A stretch of 41,470 nt of DNA from an archaeon. Lineage in GTDB: Archaea > Iainarchaeota > Iainarchaeia > Iainarchaeales > VGJJ01. This document shows positions 25,322-34,617 of the stretch, piece by piece. The position numbers and the translations under genes were made by a program. Position 1 is the first letter of the stretch. Each line of letters starts with the position of its first letter. Under the pieces are notes generated by a model. It ran no database searches and was not told the origin of the DNA. It was given only the letters and a program-made list of their open reading frames with translations. Location: the NCBI GenBank assembly GCA_038046225.1, contig JBBSWQ010000006.1:1-41470 (forward strand). The letters run 5' to 3'.

Positions 25322-26067
25322 AACGACTCTTTACGACCGAGCAGCAGCGGCAAGAAGACGAATATGTGTTCCCGTATCATTATCGGGGATTGTTTTCCGA
25401 GGAACAAGAGATGTGGGACCTGGAATATTTGGACTACCTGCATGTGGTTGGCAAAAAACTGTCCCCTTTTAATGGACAAAAAATCCTCGACGTAGGATGC
25501 GGGGATGGGCGATTATTTTATGAATTAAGACATGAAAAAATTATACCATGGGGAGTGGACCATTCCCATCGGGCGATTCAGTTTGCTCAAGGCTTCAACC
25601 CTCACGTCCAGTTTCGAGTAGGAGGAATTGAAGTCCTCCCTCCAAAAGAAATGTTCGACCAGATTACCATGATTGAAGTACTGGAACACATCCCCCCCGC
25701 TCAAGTGGCAAAAGTGGTAGGCGCCGTAGCTAGACGACTCAAGAAGGGTGGAAAACTGCTGGTGACCGTTCCTTCCATTCGAAGAAAGGTCATTCCGAAA
25801 CACTACCAACATTTCACCGAGAGAACTTTACGCGATGTTCTCGGGACTCATTTACACGTTCAAAGCGTGTATGGATATGGAAAGATGCCAGGGAAACGAT
25901 TGTTCAATTTATTCCGGAGGATCACCTTGTTGTTTTTGCCGATGAAGGATATTCTGCCCTTTTTTCAATGGGGGAAGCGATGGACCAGACTGTGGTATCG
26001 AACACACTTATCAATCGGAAAACCCGATGAATGTACGGGGCTTTTAGCCGAGTGTATTGCGCTTTAG
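25318..26067 (+). CDS. class I SAM-dependent methyltransferase
   Basis: ILDVGCGDGRLFYEL, ITMIEVLEHIPP and LKKGGKLLVTVPS. Confidence 0.8.
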   Translation: MKRLFTTEQQRQEDEYVFPYHYRGLFSEEQEMWDLEYLDYLHVVGKKLSPFNGQKILDVGCGDGRLFYELRHEKIIPWGVDHSHRAIQFAQGFNPHVQFRVGGIEVLPPKEMFDQITMIEVLEHIPPAQVAKVVGAVARRLKKGGKLLVTVPSIRRKVIPKHYQHFTERTLRDVLGTHLHVQSVYGYGKMPGKRLFNLFRRITLLFLPMKDILPFFQWGKRWTRLWYRTHLSIGKPDECTGLLAECIAL

Positions 26068-26076
26068 CTCTGCGCT

Positions 26077-27501
26077 TTATTGAATTCCCGTTTCGTGTTT
26101 GACCTTAATTGCCCAATTGAATAGGGATTTTGGGATAATCGAATGCGAATATAGCGTTCCCACCATCCTTCCAAAATAACCATACTCGCGCATGAGGCGA
26201 CGAACGTGATATTTTTTTCGAATCTCGGATTGAACTTGGGGAATTTTCTGTTCGATGTAATGGCGTTGTTCGGTCGAAATTTGGGGGGTGGCTACAATGA
26301 TGCGTTCGGACTTCGGATTAATATCGTTAAGGTATTCAGAGGGAGGAATTAGTAACAATCCCCGCGCCTTGGCGTTTTCATACCCCTCCGTGCCTGCGTA
26401 TGGAACATAATTGTTGAAGGTCGCCCATCGGATAGGGAACCTGAGAGCAAAATTGAAGGTGTCTTCAACGTCCTCCACCGTCTGATCGGGGAAGCCCACC
26501 ATCATGTTAAGATGGACATCAAATCCCACGTCAATAGCATCCCGGATTGCGTGCTCAATGGTTTCCATGGACTCCCCTTTCTTTACGATGGATAACATTC
26601 TGGGGTTTCCCACCTCCACTCCAAAAGCTATGGAAATAAATCCAACGTCCCGCATGCGCTGGAGTAGGTGCTTATTCACGCGATCCGCGCGAACCCCTTG
26701 GGGGACGTTGAGAATTAATCCTTTAAGATTTTCTTTTTTGACCAAATCACAAAAATTGAGGATGCGATTCATGTCTAACGTAAAATTATCATCCAAAAAC
26801 TCGACGCGACGATAGCCTTTGTCATACCAATACTTGATTTCCTCAATCATGCTTTCCGGTGTGCGAAAGCGCCACCAGTTCCCACTCACGTTAGGAACCG
26901 CACAAAACGTGCATTTTTCGGGACAACCGCGTGAGGACAAGACCATCATGCCGGGGTACCAATATTTTTTCAGCTCAAACTTTTCGTATTTTGGCCAGGG
27001 TAGGGATTGAATGTCTCGACGAAAGGGACGCTCCCCGTTGAAAATAGACTTTCCGCTTTCACGGTAAATAAGTCCTTTGATTTCCGACAAAGGCTTTCCT
27101 TGACAGAGTTCCAGAAAAGCATCCTCGCCCTCTTTTACAATACCAAAATTGATGGCGGGACACTCGTCCAACACGCGTTCTTTCTCAATAGAGACATGCG
27201 CTGCTCCCACTACGATGGGAATGAGGGGAAAAGCATCCTTGATTCGCGTGATGAGGGCATAGGAGTCCTTATAGCGATAGCTTTTCATGGCAAACCCAAT
27301 GATGCTGGGCTGGAAATCCTTGATCTTGGTCACAATGTCGTCAAAATGATACCCCAGATTCATGTCGATGGTATTATACTCTATACCATTAACCTGCAAG
27401 TATTCCGCGATATATCCCAATGCTAGGTCGGGTACGTCTCCTGGACGATAAGCGCTTTGATAATACGCCACAGGAATCAACAATACCTTGGAATAGCGCA
27501 T
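26077..27501 (-). CDS. B12-binding (class B) radical SAM enzyme, paralog 2
   Basis: N-terminal domain (VLLIPVAYY...IIGFAMKSY...IVVGAAHVS), cluster motif SSRGCPEKCTFC, and GFISIAFGVEVG. Confidence 0.85.
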   Translation of the reverse strand: MRYSKVLLIPVAYYQSAYRPGDVPDLALGYIAEYLQVNGIEYNTIDMNLGYHFDDIVTKIKDFQPSIIGFAMKSYRYKDSYALITRIKDAFPLIPIVVGAAHVSIEKERVLDECPAINFGIVKEGEDAFLELCQGKPLSEIKGLIYRESGKSIFNGERPFRRDIQSLPWPKYEKFELKKYWYPGMMVLSSRGCPEKCTFCAVPNVSGNWWRFRTPESMIEEIKYWYDKGYRRVEFLDDNFTLDMNRILNFCDLVKKENLKGLILNVPQGVRADRVNKHLLQRMRDVGFISIAFGVEVGNPRMLSIVKKGESMETIEHAIRDAIDVGFDVHLNMMVGFPDQTVEDVEDTFNFALRFPIRWATFNNYVPYAGTEGYENAKARGLLLIPPSEYLNDINPKSERIIVATPQISTEQRHYIEQKIPQVQSEIRKKYHVRRLMREYGYFGRMVGTLYSHSIIPKSLFNWAIKVKHETGIQ

Positions 27502-27525
27502 ACGAATACTCTCTCAGTCATTTCC

Positions 27526-28608
27526 TTATAATAATAGTCTTTTTTCATCCAACCATTCAACGGCCTTTCGCATAATAGAAGGACGATCCCAGTCCGCGTG
27601 AATAGCCTGCGCACGTAATTTGCGTCCGGATGGGGAAGGTTTCTTGGAAGAAAGCAATTGGTGAAAGGCGTCCCAGGAGTCCACACTCTTTCCCCACGTG
27701 GGATGCGCTTTCAAAAAACAATCTAATTCTCCCCCCGCAGGAGCTTTGGCCACAACGGGCAGCCCAGTCCCAGCATAATCAAAGACTTTGACGGGAAGAC
27801 TGGTGGGAAGTGAATTCCTCCAGGGAACGATTCCAATATCCCCCCCGGAAAGGATGGGGCCCATTTCCCCTATTGGAATATTCTCCCGGATAATGGACCG
27901 CGGAATTTTTTTTCTCATTTTTTCCTGTAGTTTTTTTTTCAGGACTTGATTCGCTGGCGATTGATCGCTAGCTAACACAAATACCCATATCTCGCGACGG
28001 GAAATGGAGGGAAGGGAATCCAACAAACCCTCCAAGTCTTCATCCCCAATGCTTCCTGCATATAGGATTACATAATCCTGACTGGATACTTTCCATTCCT
28101 GTCGCATTTTTTTGCGTTGGACGGCATCAAACACCAGTCGGGGATCAGTGCCATTGGTCACCAAAGTGAGACGAGAAGAGTCAATGCCATACTGTGAACG
28201 GGCCTCTTGACGATCACTCTCGGTCAAAAACCACAGAGCATCCGCGTGGGTATAAATCCACTTTCTCAATGAAAGGAAAAGAAATTCCTTAACGGAATGG
28301 GACGAGCGTGACAGAATATCCATGGCGCGACCATCCTCTTTGGCATCTAGCACGAACGGAGCGATGGATAAACGTGACCCTAACCATATCCACCATAATG
28401 GAGGGAGGGGTGGAGCTGTTCCAATGACTAAAGACGGATTTTCATGTCGAATGCGCAATGCCAACGAGAGACCTTTTCCATCTGCAGGAGAAAGGATGAG
28501 GGGATTATGCCCTTTTTCGGACAAAGCGTTGGCCAAATAATGGACGCGCACCCCAGCTGCTCCGGGATGAGAGGGAGTGTAGGGCGTATAAATAATAATC
28601 TTCTTCAT
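27526..28608 (-). CDS. GT-B fold glycosyltransferase (GT4-like, divergent)
   Basis: MKKIIIYTPYTPSHPGAAGVRVHYLANALSEKGH N-terminal domain typical of GT4. The C-terminal half is weaker (SLPVKVFDYAGTGLPVV). ATGA overlap with the upstream GT4 gene. Confidence 0.62.
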   Translation of the reverse strand: MKKIIIYTPYTPSHPGAAGVRVHYLANALSEKGHNPLILSPADGKGLSLALRIRHENPSLVIGTAPPLPPLWWIWLGSRLSIAPFVLDAKEDGRAMDILSRSSHSVKEFLFLSLRKWIYTHADALWFLTESDRQEARSQYGIDSSRLTLVTNGTDPRLVFDAVQRKKMRQEWKVSSQDYVILYAGSIGDEDLEGLLDSLPSISRREIWVFVLASDQSPANQVLKKKLQEKMRKKIPRSIIRENIPIGEMGPILSGGDIGIVPWRNSLPTSLPVKVFDYAGTGLPVVAKAPAGGELDCFLKAHPTWGKSVDSWDAFHQLLSSKKPSPSGRKLRAQAIHADWDRPSIMRKAVEWLDEKRLLL

Positions 28609-29648
28609 TGGGCCCTCTCCTGAGCCAGCACGACTTCTTTCTTCATTAGCTGGGAAAATGTGGAAAATGAAAAGCGTTTCTTAATCGAGGAAAATGTGGA
28701 TCGTGGAGGAGTAGAAAACGACCACTTGGTCAGTGCGCGATCAAATGATTCCAACGCATGTGGGATTATTTCCGCTCCTGTAGGGGAAAAATGATTGAAG
28801 ATCCCTACACGAGAGGATAATACGGGCGTCCCGCATGCCAATGCTTCCATGGGGACAAACCCAAATCCTTCATAGCGGGATGGAAAAAGCACTACGTCAG
28901 CCGCGCGATAAAAATCCACTAATTTTTCATGGGGTTGGGCGGAATGAGTGTGGAGGTTAGGAATGGAAGAGATATACTGAGAGGAAATAACCGCATGAAA
29001 GTCAATCCCCGGGTGTTTTTGAGCTAAAGCCTCCACCACATCAAATCCTTTGGAGTGGGTTGGATTGCCCACGAACAGTACCGTGTTCTTTTCTGGAGCC
29101 CATCCCATTTTTTGTCGCGCCCGGGAGGGGCTAGAAGGATAAAATACGTTTGTGTTGATAGGCAATTCCACAATGGATGAATAATTCAACCCATAATAGG
29201 AGTACGCCTCCTCTTGTGTAAATGAAGAATTGACCACAACCCGATGGGCTTGACGCGCGCTCTTGTTTTCAAAATGCGATAACAAAAAACGCATACGCCA
29301 AAAAAGCGGAGAAAAAGGAGAATACCCAGCATCCGCTAATCCCGCATACGTACCATGTAAAAACGAAACAGTGGGGATTTTTTTCGAAAGAGAGGGGAGC
29401 GCCCAACCATGCAATCCACTCGTAATCACAAAATCGGGAGGAGAGGAAAGCGATTCCACATACTTCGCGGCGGAAAGCCCTTGCTGAATCTCCCCCGCGA
29501 AAGGGACATGATGAGAGGTTGAAAAACCGGAAAGGGTTTCACGGCCCACGATTTGAAGAGAGGGAAACGTGTTGCGGAGGGATTGGGCAAATACTTCCAC
29601 TCCTCCCGGAATAGATTTTTCAGTGAGTGTAATCAATAAGGGTTGCAT
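28605..29648 (-). CDS. GT-B glycosyltransferase (GT4 / Glycos_transf_1 family)
   Basis: VLFVGNPTHSKGFDV and PSRYEGFGFVPMEALACGTPVLSS (E-x7-E region). Confidence 0.8.
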   Translation of the reverse strand: MQPLLITLTEKSIPGGVEVFAQSLRNTFPSLQIVGRETLSGFSTSHHVPFAGEIQQGLSAAKYVESLSSPPDFVITSGLHGWALPSLSKKIPTVSFLHGTYAGLADAGYSPFSPLFWRMRFLLSHFENKSARQAHRVVVNSSFTQEEAYSYYGLNYSSIVELPINTNVFYPSSPSRARQKMGWAPEKNTVLFVGNPTHSKGFDVVEALAQKHPGIDFHAVISSQYISSIPNLHTHSAQPHEKLVDFYRAADVVLFPSRYEGFGFVPMEALACGTPVLSSRVGIFNHFSPTGAEIIPHALESFDRALTKWSFSTPPRSTFSSIKKRFSFSTFSQLMKKEVVLAQERAQ

Positions 29649-29653
29649 ATTGC

Positions 29654-31126
29654 TCAGTCCTTCGTCGAGATGATTAAGTGAAATCCATTCTCACCTTCAA
29701 AGACCTGAGTGAGGGAATCGGAATGATCACGAAAGTATTTCCGAATGAGTTCGCGCTCCGCATCTACCAATTCTGAGCGAGGGCCACCTTTTCCCTGCTG
29801 GGATGTGTAACCAATATCTAAAAGGTATGCTCCAGCCGGAACCTCCTGATTACTATAATTGGAAATGGGATAATAGTGTCTCTCTCCAAAAAGTGGGTCT
29901 AAAAAATAAATACAATCATCTGCCGAACCAATCACGATGGAGGATTCAGGAATAAACGACGGAAGAATAGCAGAAATTTCTCCGCGGGGCGCTGCCAACT
30001 GATAATGAGATGAGTTGAGCGCCCATAATCCACCTGCGGCCAGCAAGAGAAACACCCCCCCAATTACTGCGGGGGAAACCCTCTCCGTGAATTTCCGCAC
30101 GGTTGGGCGCATGAAGAATAAATGGTAAAACGTCATTGTGGGAATCAACAGCAATCCAAGCAATGGAAGAAAATATCGGAGGCGCGCGGTGAAAGTAAGC
30201 GGGAGTGAAAAAGAAAAATCCCAAAAATTGGTGAAGTGGGAAAAGAGGAGGATTGTCCCCCCGCTCAACACCGCAAAAAGGGGCCATTCTTTTTTTGAGC
30301 GAAAAATAGCCCACAGGGAGAATGGCAGCGCGACAAACAGGAGCGCCATATACGTGACTACATTTTTTAGGAAAGCCGGATTGATTGCCGAGCCCACTTG
30401 CTCGATGGTTGACCCGTATCCAGTGGAGAGAAACCCGCCATAGTATGCGGCATTAAATCCAAAAAAAAGCAGGGCAGGAATCAGTCCGCCCGCGATGAAG
30501 GGGATCACTTTTGATCGCTCCTTCACGACCGCCTGCACCAAGAAGGCGAGTGGACCAATTACCGCGTCGACGCGAAAAAATACGGATAGTCCCAACAACA
30601 ATCCCGCTCCGAAAGTGGAGTGAAAGCGGTCCTTTTTCCAGAGCCAGTATCCGGACAAGAAGAGGGTCAGTACTCCCAATTCGGGAAAAAGGGTCCTGCT
30701 TTCCCAAGCGGCAAGCGGCAGGAAGAGATACAGGAGGGAATACTCCCCCGGCAATGTGTCACGGCGTAAAATAATATAGATCAATAGAAAATTGAAGAGA
30801 TGAAGTAATAGTCCCGAAAGAAACACCCATGAAAAGGGCAGGAATGTGAATGGAATCAAGGAAATAGATTTTCCTATCGGGTAACTGGAAATGGACCGGT
30901 TTTCCGAGAGGATATTTCCCCCGCAATACAGGGAATGATCGGGCGCGATTAGCGATCCCTCTCGCAATAGGAACGCGTTTTTGAGGTACTCGTGTTCATC
31001 TATTGCGACAAAGAATGGGGGGTAGAATGAAAAGAAGAAAAACAGAAACGCAATCACTCCCGCGAGCAAGAAACCGTGTGAGCGGACCCATTCCGCGTAG
31101 GAATGGCTGTTGGAAATAGCCTTCAT
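29654..31126 (-). CDS. polytopic GT-C fold glycosyltransferase, PMT/ArnT-like (polyprenyl-P-sugar dependent)
   Basis: 490 aa, about 10-12 hydrophobic helices. An acidic DE motif in the first extracytoplasmic loop (FVAIDEHEYLKNA) resembles the PMT/ArnT first-loop motif. Soluble C-terminal ~100 aa. Divergently paired with a polyprenyl-P GT2. Confidence 0.6.
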   Translation of the reverse strand: MKAISNSHSYAEWVRSHGFLLAGVIAFLFFFFSFYPPFFVAIDEHEYLKNAFLLREGSLIAPDHSLYCGGNILSENRSISSYPIGKSISLIPFTFLPFSWVFLSGLLLHLFNFLLIYIILRRDTLPGEYSLLYLFLPLAAWESRTLFPELGVLTLFLSGYWLWKKDRFHSTFGAGLLLGLSVFFRVDAVIGPLAFLVQAVVKERSKVIPFIAGGLIPALLFFGFNAAYYGGFLSTGYGSTIEQVGSAINPAFLKNVVTYMALLFVALPFSLWAIFRSKKEWPLFAVLSGGTILLFSHFTNFWDFSFSLPLTFTARLRYFLPLLGLLLIPTMTFYHLFFMRPTVRKFTERVSPAVIGGVFLLLAAGGLWALNSSHYQLAAPRGEISAILPSFIPESSIVIGSADDCIYFLDPLFGERHYYPISNYSNQEVPAGAYLLDIGYTSQQGKGGPRSELVDAERELIRKYFRDHSDSLTQVFEGENGFHLIISTKD

Positions 31127-31148
31127 ACATCAACGCGGGGTATGTTCG

Positions 31149-31156
31149 TTTAAATA
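31149..31156. promoter_or_regulatory. palindromic TATA element TTTAAATA in the divergent GT-C / polyprenyl-P-GT2 intergenic region
   Basis: Its minus-strand proximal edge is 23 nt from ATG 31126, consistent with a leaderless GT-C mRNA. It lies about 75 nt upstream of the plus-strand ATG 31231. Confidence 0.45.
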
Positions 31157-31230
31157 CATAGTGGGGCTGAATGGTTATTGATTCGCTTCGTGATGCGGTA
31201 ATTCATACAATCATCAAACGGTGAAAAAGG

Positions 31231-32115
31231 ATGACGGAAAACGCTATTTCTGATTTTGTCAGCGTCATTATTCCCGCGTACAATGAAGAAGATTCCATCT
31301 CCGAGACGGTTCGCCGCGTGTCACTCGTGCTGAAAGAAAATAAGATAGCCGGAGAGATTATTGTTGTCGATGACGGGAGCACCGACAAGACGTCGTCCAA
31401 GATTGCAGGGATTAAGGGGCTTCGTCTGATCGCGCATCCCACGAATAGGGGGTACGGAGCCGCGCTCAAAACAGGTTTGCGTAGCGCAATAGGGAAGTGG
31501 ATTTTCATCACGGATGCGGATGGAACATACCCCGTCGAGGATTTTTCAAGGCTGTGGGAAAAAAGAGAAAAAGCGGATATGGTGGTGGGGGCGCGCAACC
31601 CGAGCAGCCAACACATTGCCTGGACCCGCAAGCCCGGAAAAATGTTCTTGTCCCTCATCGCCAATTATCTGGTGGGACAAAAAATTCCCGATTTGAATTC
31701 CGGAATGAGACTTTTCAGGAAGGACATGGGGATGGAGTTCTACCATTTGTATCCGCAAGGGTTTTCATTCACGATCACCATCACACTTGCATCCTTAGTC
31801 AATCGGTATACCGTGAAATATGTGCCCATCGATTATGCCCCCCGCAAAGGAAAATCCAAGATGAATGTGATTAAGGACGGGTTGAATTTTATTTCCCTCA
31901 TTTTTAGGGTAATCACCTACTTCAATCCTGGAAAAATATTCATGCCCATTGGAACATTGTTCATTCTCCTCGGATTTTTCGTGGCGTACTACAGCACGTA
32001 CCATGTCGGACGATTCATGGATGCAACCACCGTCCTCCTATTGCTCGCGGGAATTCAAGTATACCTGTTTGCGTTCATCGCTCAATTGTGGGTAAAAACG
32101 AGGGCGATGCGATGA
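31231..32115 (+). CDS. polyprenyl(dolichyl)-phosphate glycosyltransferase, GT2 (Dpm1/Alg5/AglD/ArnC/GtrB-like)
   Basis: VSVIIPAYNEEDSI, IIVVDDGSTDKT, HPTNRGYGAALKTG and FITDADGTYP, plus two C-terminal TM helices. This is the GtrB/ArnC-type architecture. Confidence 0.83.
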   Translation: MTENAISDFVSVIIPAYNEEDSISETVRRVSLVLKENKIAGEIIVVDDGSTDKTSSKIAGIKGLRLIAHPTNRGYGAALKTGLRSAIGKWIFITDADGTYPVEDFSRLWEKREKADMVVGARNPSSQHIAWTRKPGKMFLSLIANYLVGQKIPDLNSGMRLFRKDMGMEFYHLYPQGFSFTITITLASLVNRYTVKYVPIDYAPRKGKSKMNVIKDGLNFISLIFRVITYFNPGKIFMPIGTLFILLGFFVAYYSTYHVGRFMDATTVLLLLAGIQVYLFAFIAQLWVKTRAMR

Positions 32116-33881
32116 AACCCTATTTGGATGTCGGGTCGGCCGATGCCTATCGGAAAGAAGCACTGGATCAGATTCCCCGTTTGTTGAGTTTGATGGATCG
32201 GAATGCCTTCTCCCCCACCTATGGGTGTGCGGATCGTACCTACTGGCTGGATAAATCGATCGATTTTTCTTCCGCGATAATGCAGTACAGTGTTCACTCC
32301 CTCGCGCTCGTATATGCCCACGATTTCCCGGAAAACGCGTACTATCATCAACCCAAGATCAAGGAATGGATTCTCGCATCCATGAGCTATTGGTCCAAGA
32401 TCCAGAAAAACGACGGAAGTTTTGACGAGTTTTATCCCAATGAAAGAGGCTGGGCGGGACCGACCGGATTTTTGTTATATGCTATGCTCTCCGCATTCGA
32501 ACTATTGGGGAACGAGTTCCCTCCCGAGCGGAAAAAAGAATTTTTTGAAACCTGTAGAAAGGCCGCGATATTTTTGGCCAAATATGATGAGCACGGAATT
32601 CTCGCCAATCATCATGCCATGGCTCTTCTTCCAATCTATTATGCCTCTCACGTGTTGGGGGATGAGTCCCTCCTCTATAATTTTGAAGAAAAACTCGATT
32701 ACTTTTTGAACCTCCAGTCACCGGAGGGATGGTTCCTCGAATACGATGGAGCGGATCTGGGATATCTTTCCGCCGGCATTTCATTCCTGACCAAACTCAC
32801 GCAAATCATGGAACGGGATTCCGATCATCCCAATCATCATGCATGGCTGAAAAAAATCTATGCGTGCATTCCTCCCGCTATCGCGTTCGCCTCGCATTTT
32901 GCCTATCCAAACGGATACTATGCCGGCACCATGGGCAGTCGCCAAACACTGCATTTCTATCCCCACGGGTTTGAAATCCACGGGAGAAAAAACCCCTTAG
33001 CTGCGGGAGTAGCGGAACACTTGGCAAAAGGATTATCGGAGGGATCACTAGTCCCTCCCCGCATCATGCCCGACCGATATGTGGCCTATCGGGTGAATGA
33101 GTTTCTCCAATCCTATTTGGAGGCGTTCCCGCGCAGCAAAACGAAGATAGGACTCATTCCCTTTCAGGAGAAAGCCTTCCAAAAAGTGTTTTGGGAAGCA
33201 CGGATGATGGTGAAGAACTCTCCTGCGTATTATGCCACGATCAACCTGGCTAAGGGGGGAGTGATCAAGCTCTTTGACAAGAAGAAAAAGTCTCTTGCGA
33301 TCAATGACTGCGGCGTCTTGCTGGAAGACGGGGAAGGAAACACCCTCACCACGCAATGGATTGATTCCTCCTATCAACCATCGTTTTCGGAAGAAGGGTG
33401 CACGGTCTCCGGAAAGATGCACGTGTGGGCGACCGAACTCCCCACCCCCATCAAGATGATGGCCTTGCGCTCCGCCCTGATAACTTTCGGAGAGAGCACG
33501 GACCTGGCGTACAAAATCAAGGGAAAAATACGTGAACGGATTATCCTCAAAAACAAGGCTGTTCCCCTTTCATTTGAACGAAAGATAACGTTTTCTCCTC
33601 AGGGGTGTGAGATCCTCGATACGATTGATGCGACCGAATATTCCCATTCTTTCGTCCGGGGAAAAGTGGGGGATGAATTTTCCATCCGGTATGTTCCCCA
33701 GAGCCTGTATTTCCAATTACAAGAATTGGGAGTGAGTGGGAGAATGCTTTCCTCTGTGGAAATTGACTCCCTTAACCAAAACAAACGCTTCGCGATGCGC
33801 CAAAAAATTGATCTGCCCCTGAAAAAGGAAACCAAATCCATGAAAGGAGTAATCAAATCTAAGGAAGGGGAAACCAAATGA
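32112..33881 (+). CDS. hypothetical cytoplasmic protein (589 aa), possible alpha/alpha-toroid fold; function unknown
   Basis: Start ATG 32112 overlaps the upstream stop (ATGA). No TM or signal sequence. Helix-rich N-terminal half with GCADRTYWLDKS and DGSFDEFYPNERGWAGPTGFLLYAM, and a beta-rich C-terminal third. No family recognised by eye. Confidence 0.6.
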   Translation: MKPYLDVGSADAYRKEALDQIPRLLSLMDRNAFSPTYGCADRTYWLDKSIDFSSAIMQYSVHSLALVYAHDFPENAYYHQPKIKEWILASMSYWSKIQKNDGSFDEFYPNERGWAGPTGFLLYAMLSAFELLGNEFPPERKKEFFETCRKAAIFLAKYDEHGILANHHAMALLPIYYASHVLGDESLLYNFEEKLDYFLNLQSPEGWFLEYDGADLGYLSAGISFLTKLTQIMERDSDHPNHHAWLKKIYACIPPAIAFASHFAYPNGYYAGTMGSRQTLHFYPHGFEIHGRKNPLAAGVAEHLAKGLSEGSLVPPRIMPDRYVAYRVNEFLQSYLEAFPRSKTKIGLIPFQEKAFQKVFWEARMMVKNSPAYYATINLAKGGVIKLFDKKKKSLAINDCGVLLEDGEGNTLTTQWIDSSYQPSFSEEGCTVSGKMHVWATELPTPIKMMALRSALITFGESTDLAYKIKGKIRERIILKNKAVPLSFERKITFSPQGCEILDTIDATEYSHSFVRGKVGDEFSIRYVPQSLYFQLQELGVSGRMLSSVEIDSLNQNKRFAMRQKIDLPLKKETKSMKGVIKSKEGETK

Positions 33882-34561
33882 CGGATGTTTCCGTGGATTA
33901 TCACGAACAATCCGCTTTCTGGGAAAAGAAACGAGACAAGCGCCTCCCCACCCATCCTGCCGTGGAAGCTTTTGCAAAACCCAAAGTGGATGCCATCGCT
34001 CGTTTGATCGGAATCACCTCTCAAACGATGCTATTGGACGTTGGATGCGGTACGGGTTTTTTCACCCATTACTGGAAAGAGAAAACTCCCCATGTGGTTG
34101 GAATGGATTTTAGTCATGAGATGCTGGCAAAAAATAACGTTCCCGACCTCGTCCGGGGAAGTGCAGAAGCTCTTCCATTCGATGATCAATCCTTCGACGT
34201 AGTGTTCTGTTCCAATCTCCTGCATCATGTGGAAAGCCCCGTGGACGTGGTGAAGGAAATGGCGCGCGTCACCAGGCGGTATGTGGTGTTATCCGAACCC
34301 AACGCAAGGAACCCGCTCATGAATCTCTTTTCACGCGTCGTCAAAGAAGAAAACGGCGCCCTGAAATTTGATCCGGGGTATTTGCAGAGCATCGGGAACA
34401 ATGCCGGCTTGCGAGAAGTGTATCTTGGAGAGGAAGGGAGCATTGTTCCCAACAAGACTCCGGGATGGGCCGTTCCGATATTGAAACCATTCAACAAGCC
34501 TATGGAGAGGGGATTCTACATCGTTTATGTCGGCGACCGTCTTGATACGGTCGAATATTGA
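33878..34561 (+). CDS. class I SAM-dependent methyltransferase (Methyltransf_11-like)
   Basis: LLDVGCGTGFFTHYW, FDVVFCSNLLHHVESP and RRYVVLSEPN. ATGA overlap with the upstream gene. Confidence 0.82.
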   Translation: MTDVSVDYHEQSAFWEKKRDKRLPTHPAVEAFAKPKVDAIARLIGITSQTMLLDVGCGTGFFTHYWKEKTPHVVGMDFSHEMLAKNNVPDLVRGSAEALPFDDQSFDVVFCSNLLHHVESPVDVVKEMARVTRRYVVLSEPNARNPLMNLFSRVVKEENGALKFDPGYLQSIGNNAGLREVYLGEEGSIVPNKTPGWAVPILKPFNKPMERGFYIVYVGDRLDTVEY

Positions 34562-34617
34562 GCGTTTTCTTCCCTCCTGAAGGCACGTTTTATTAATGGT
34601 TTTTTCCCCTTTGATGC

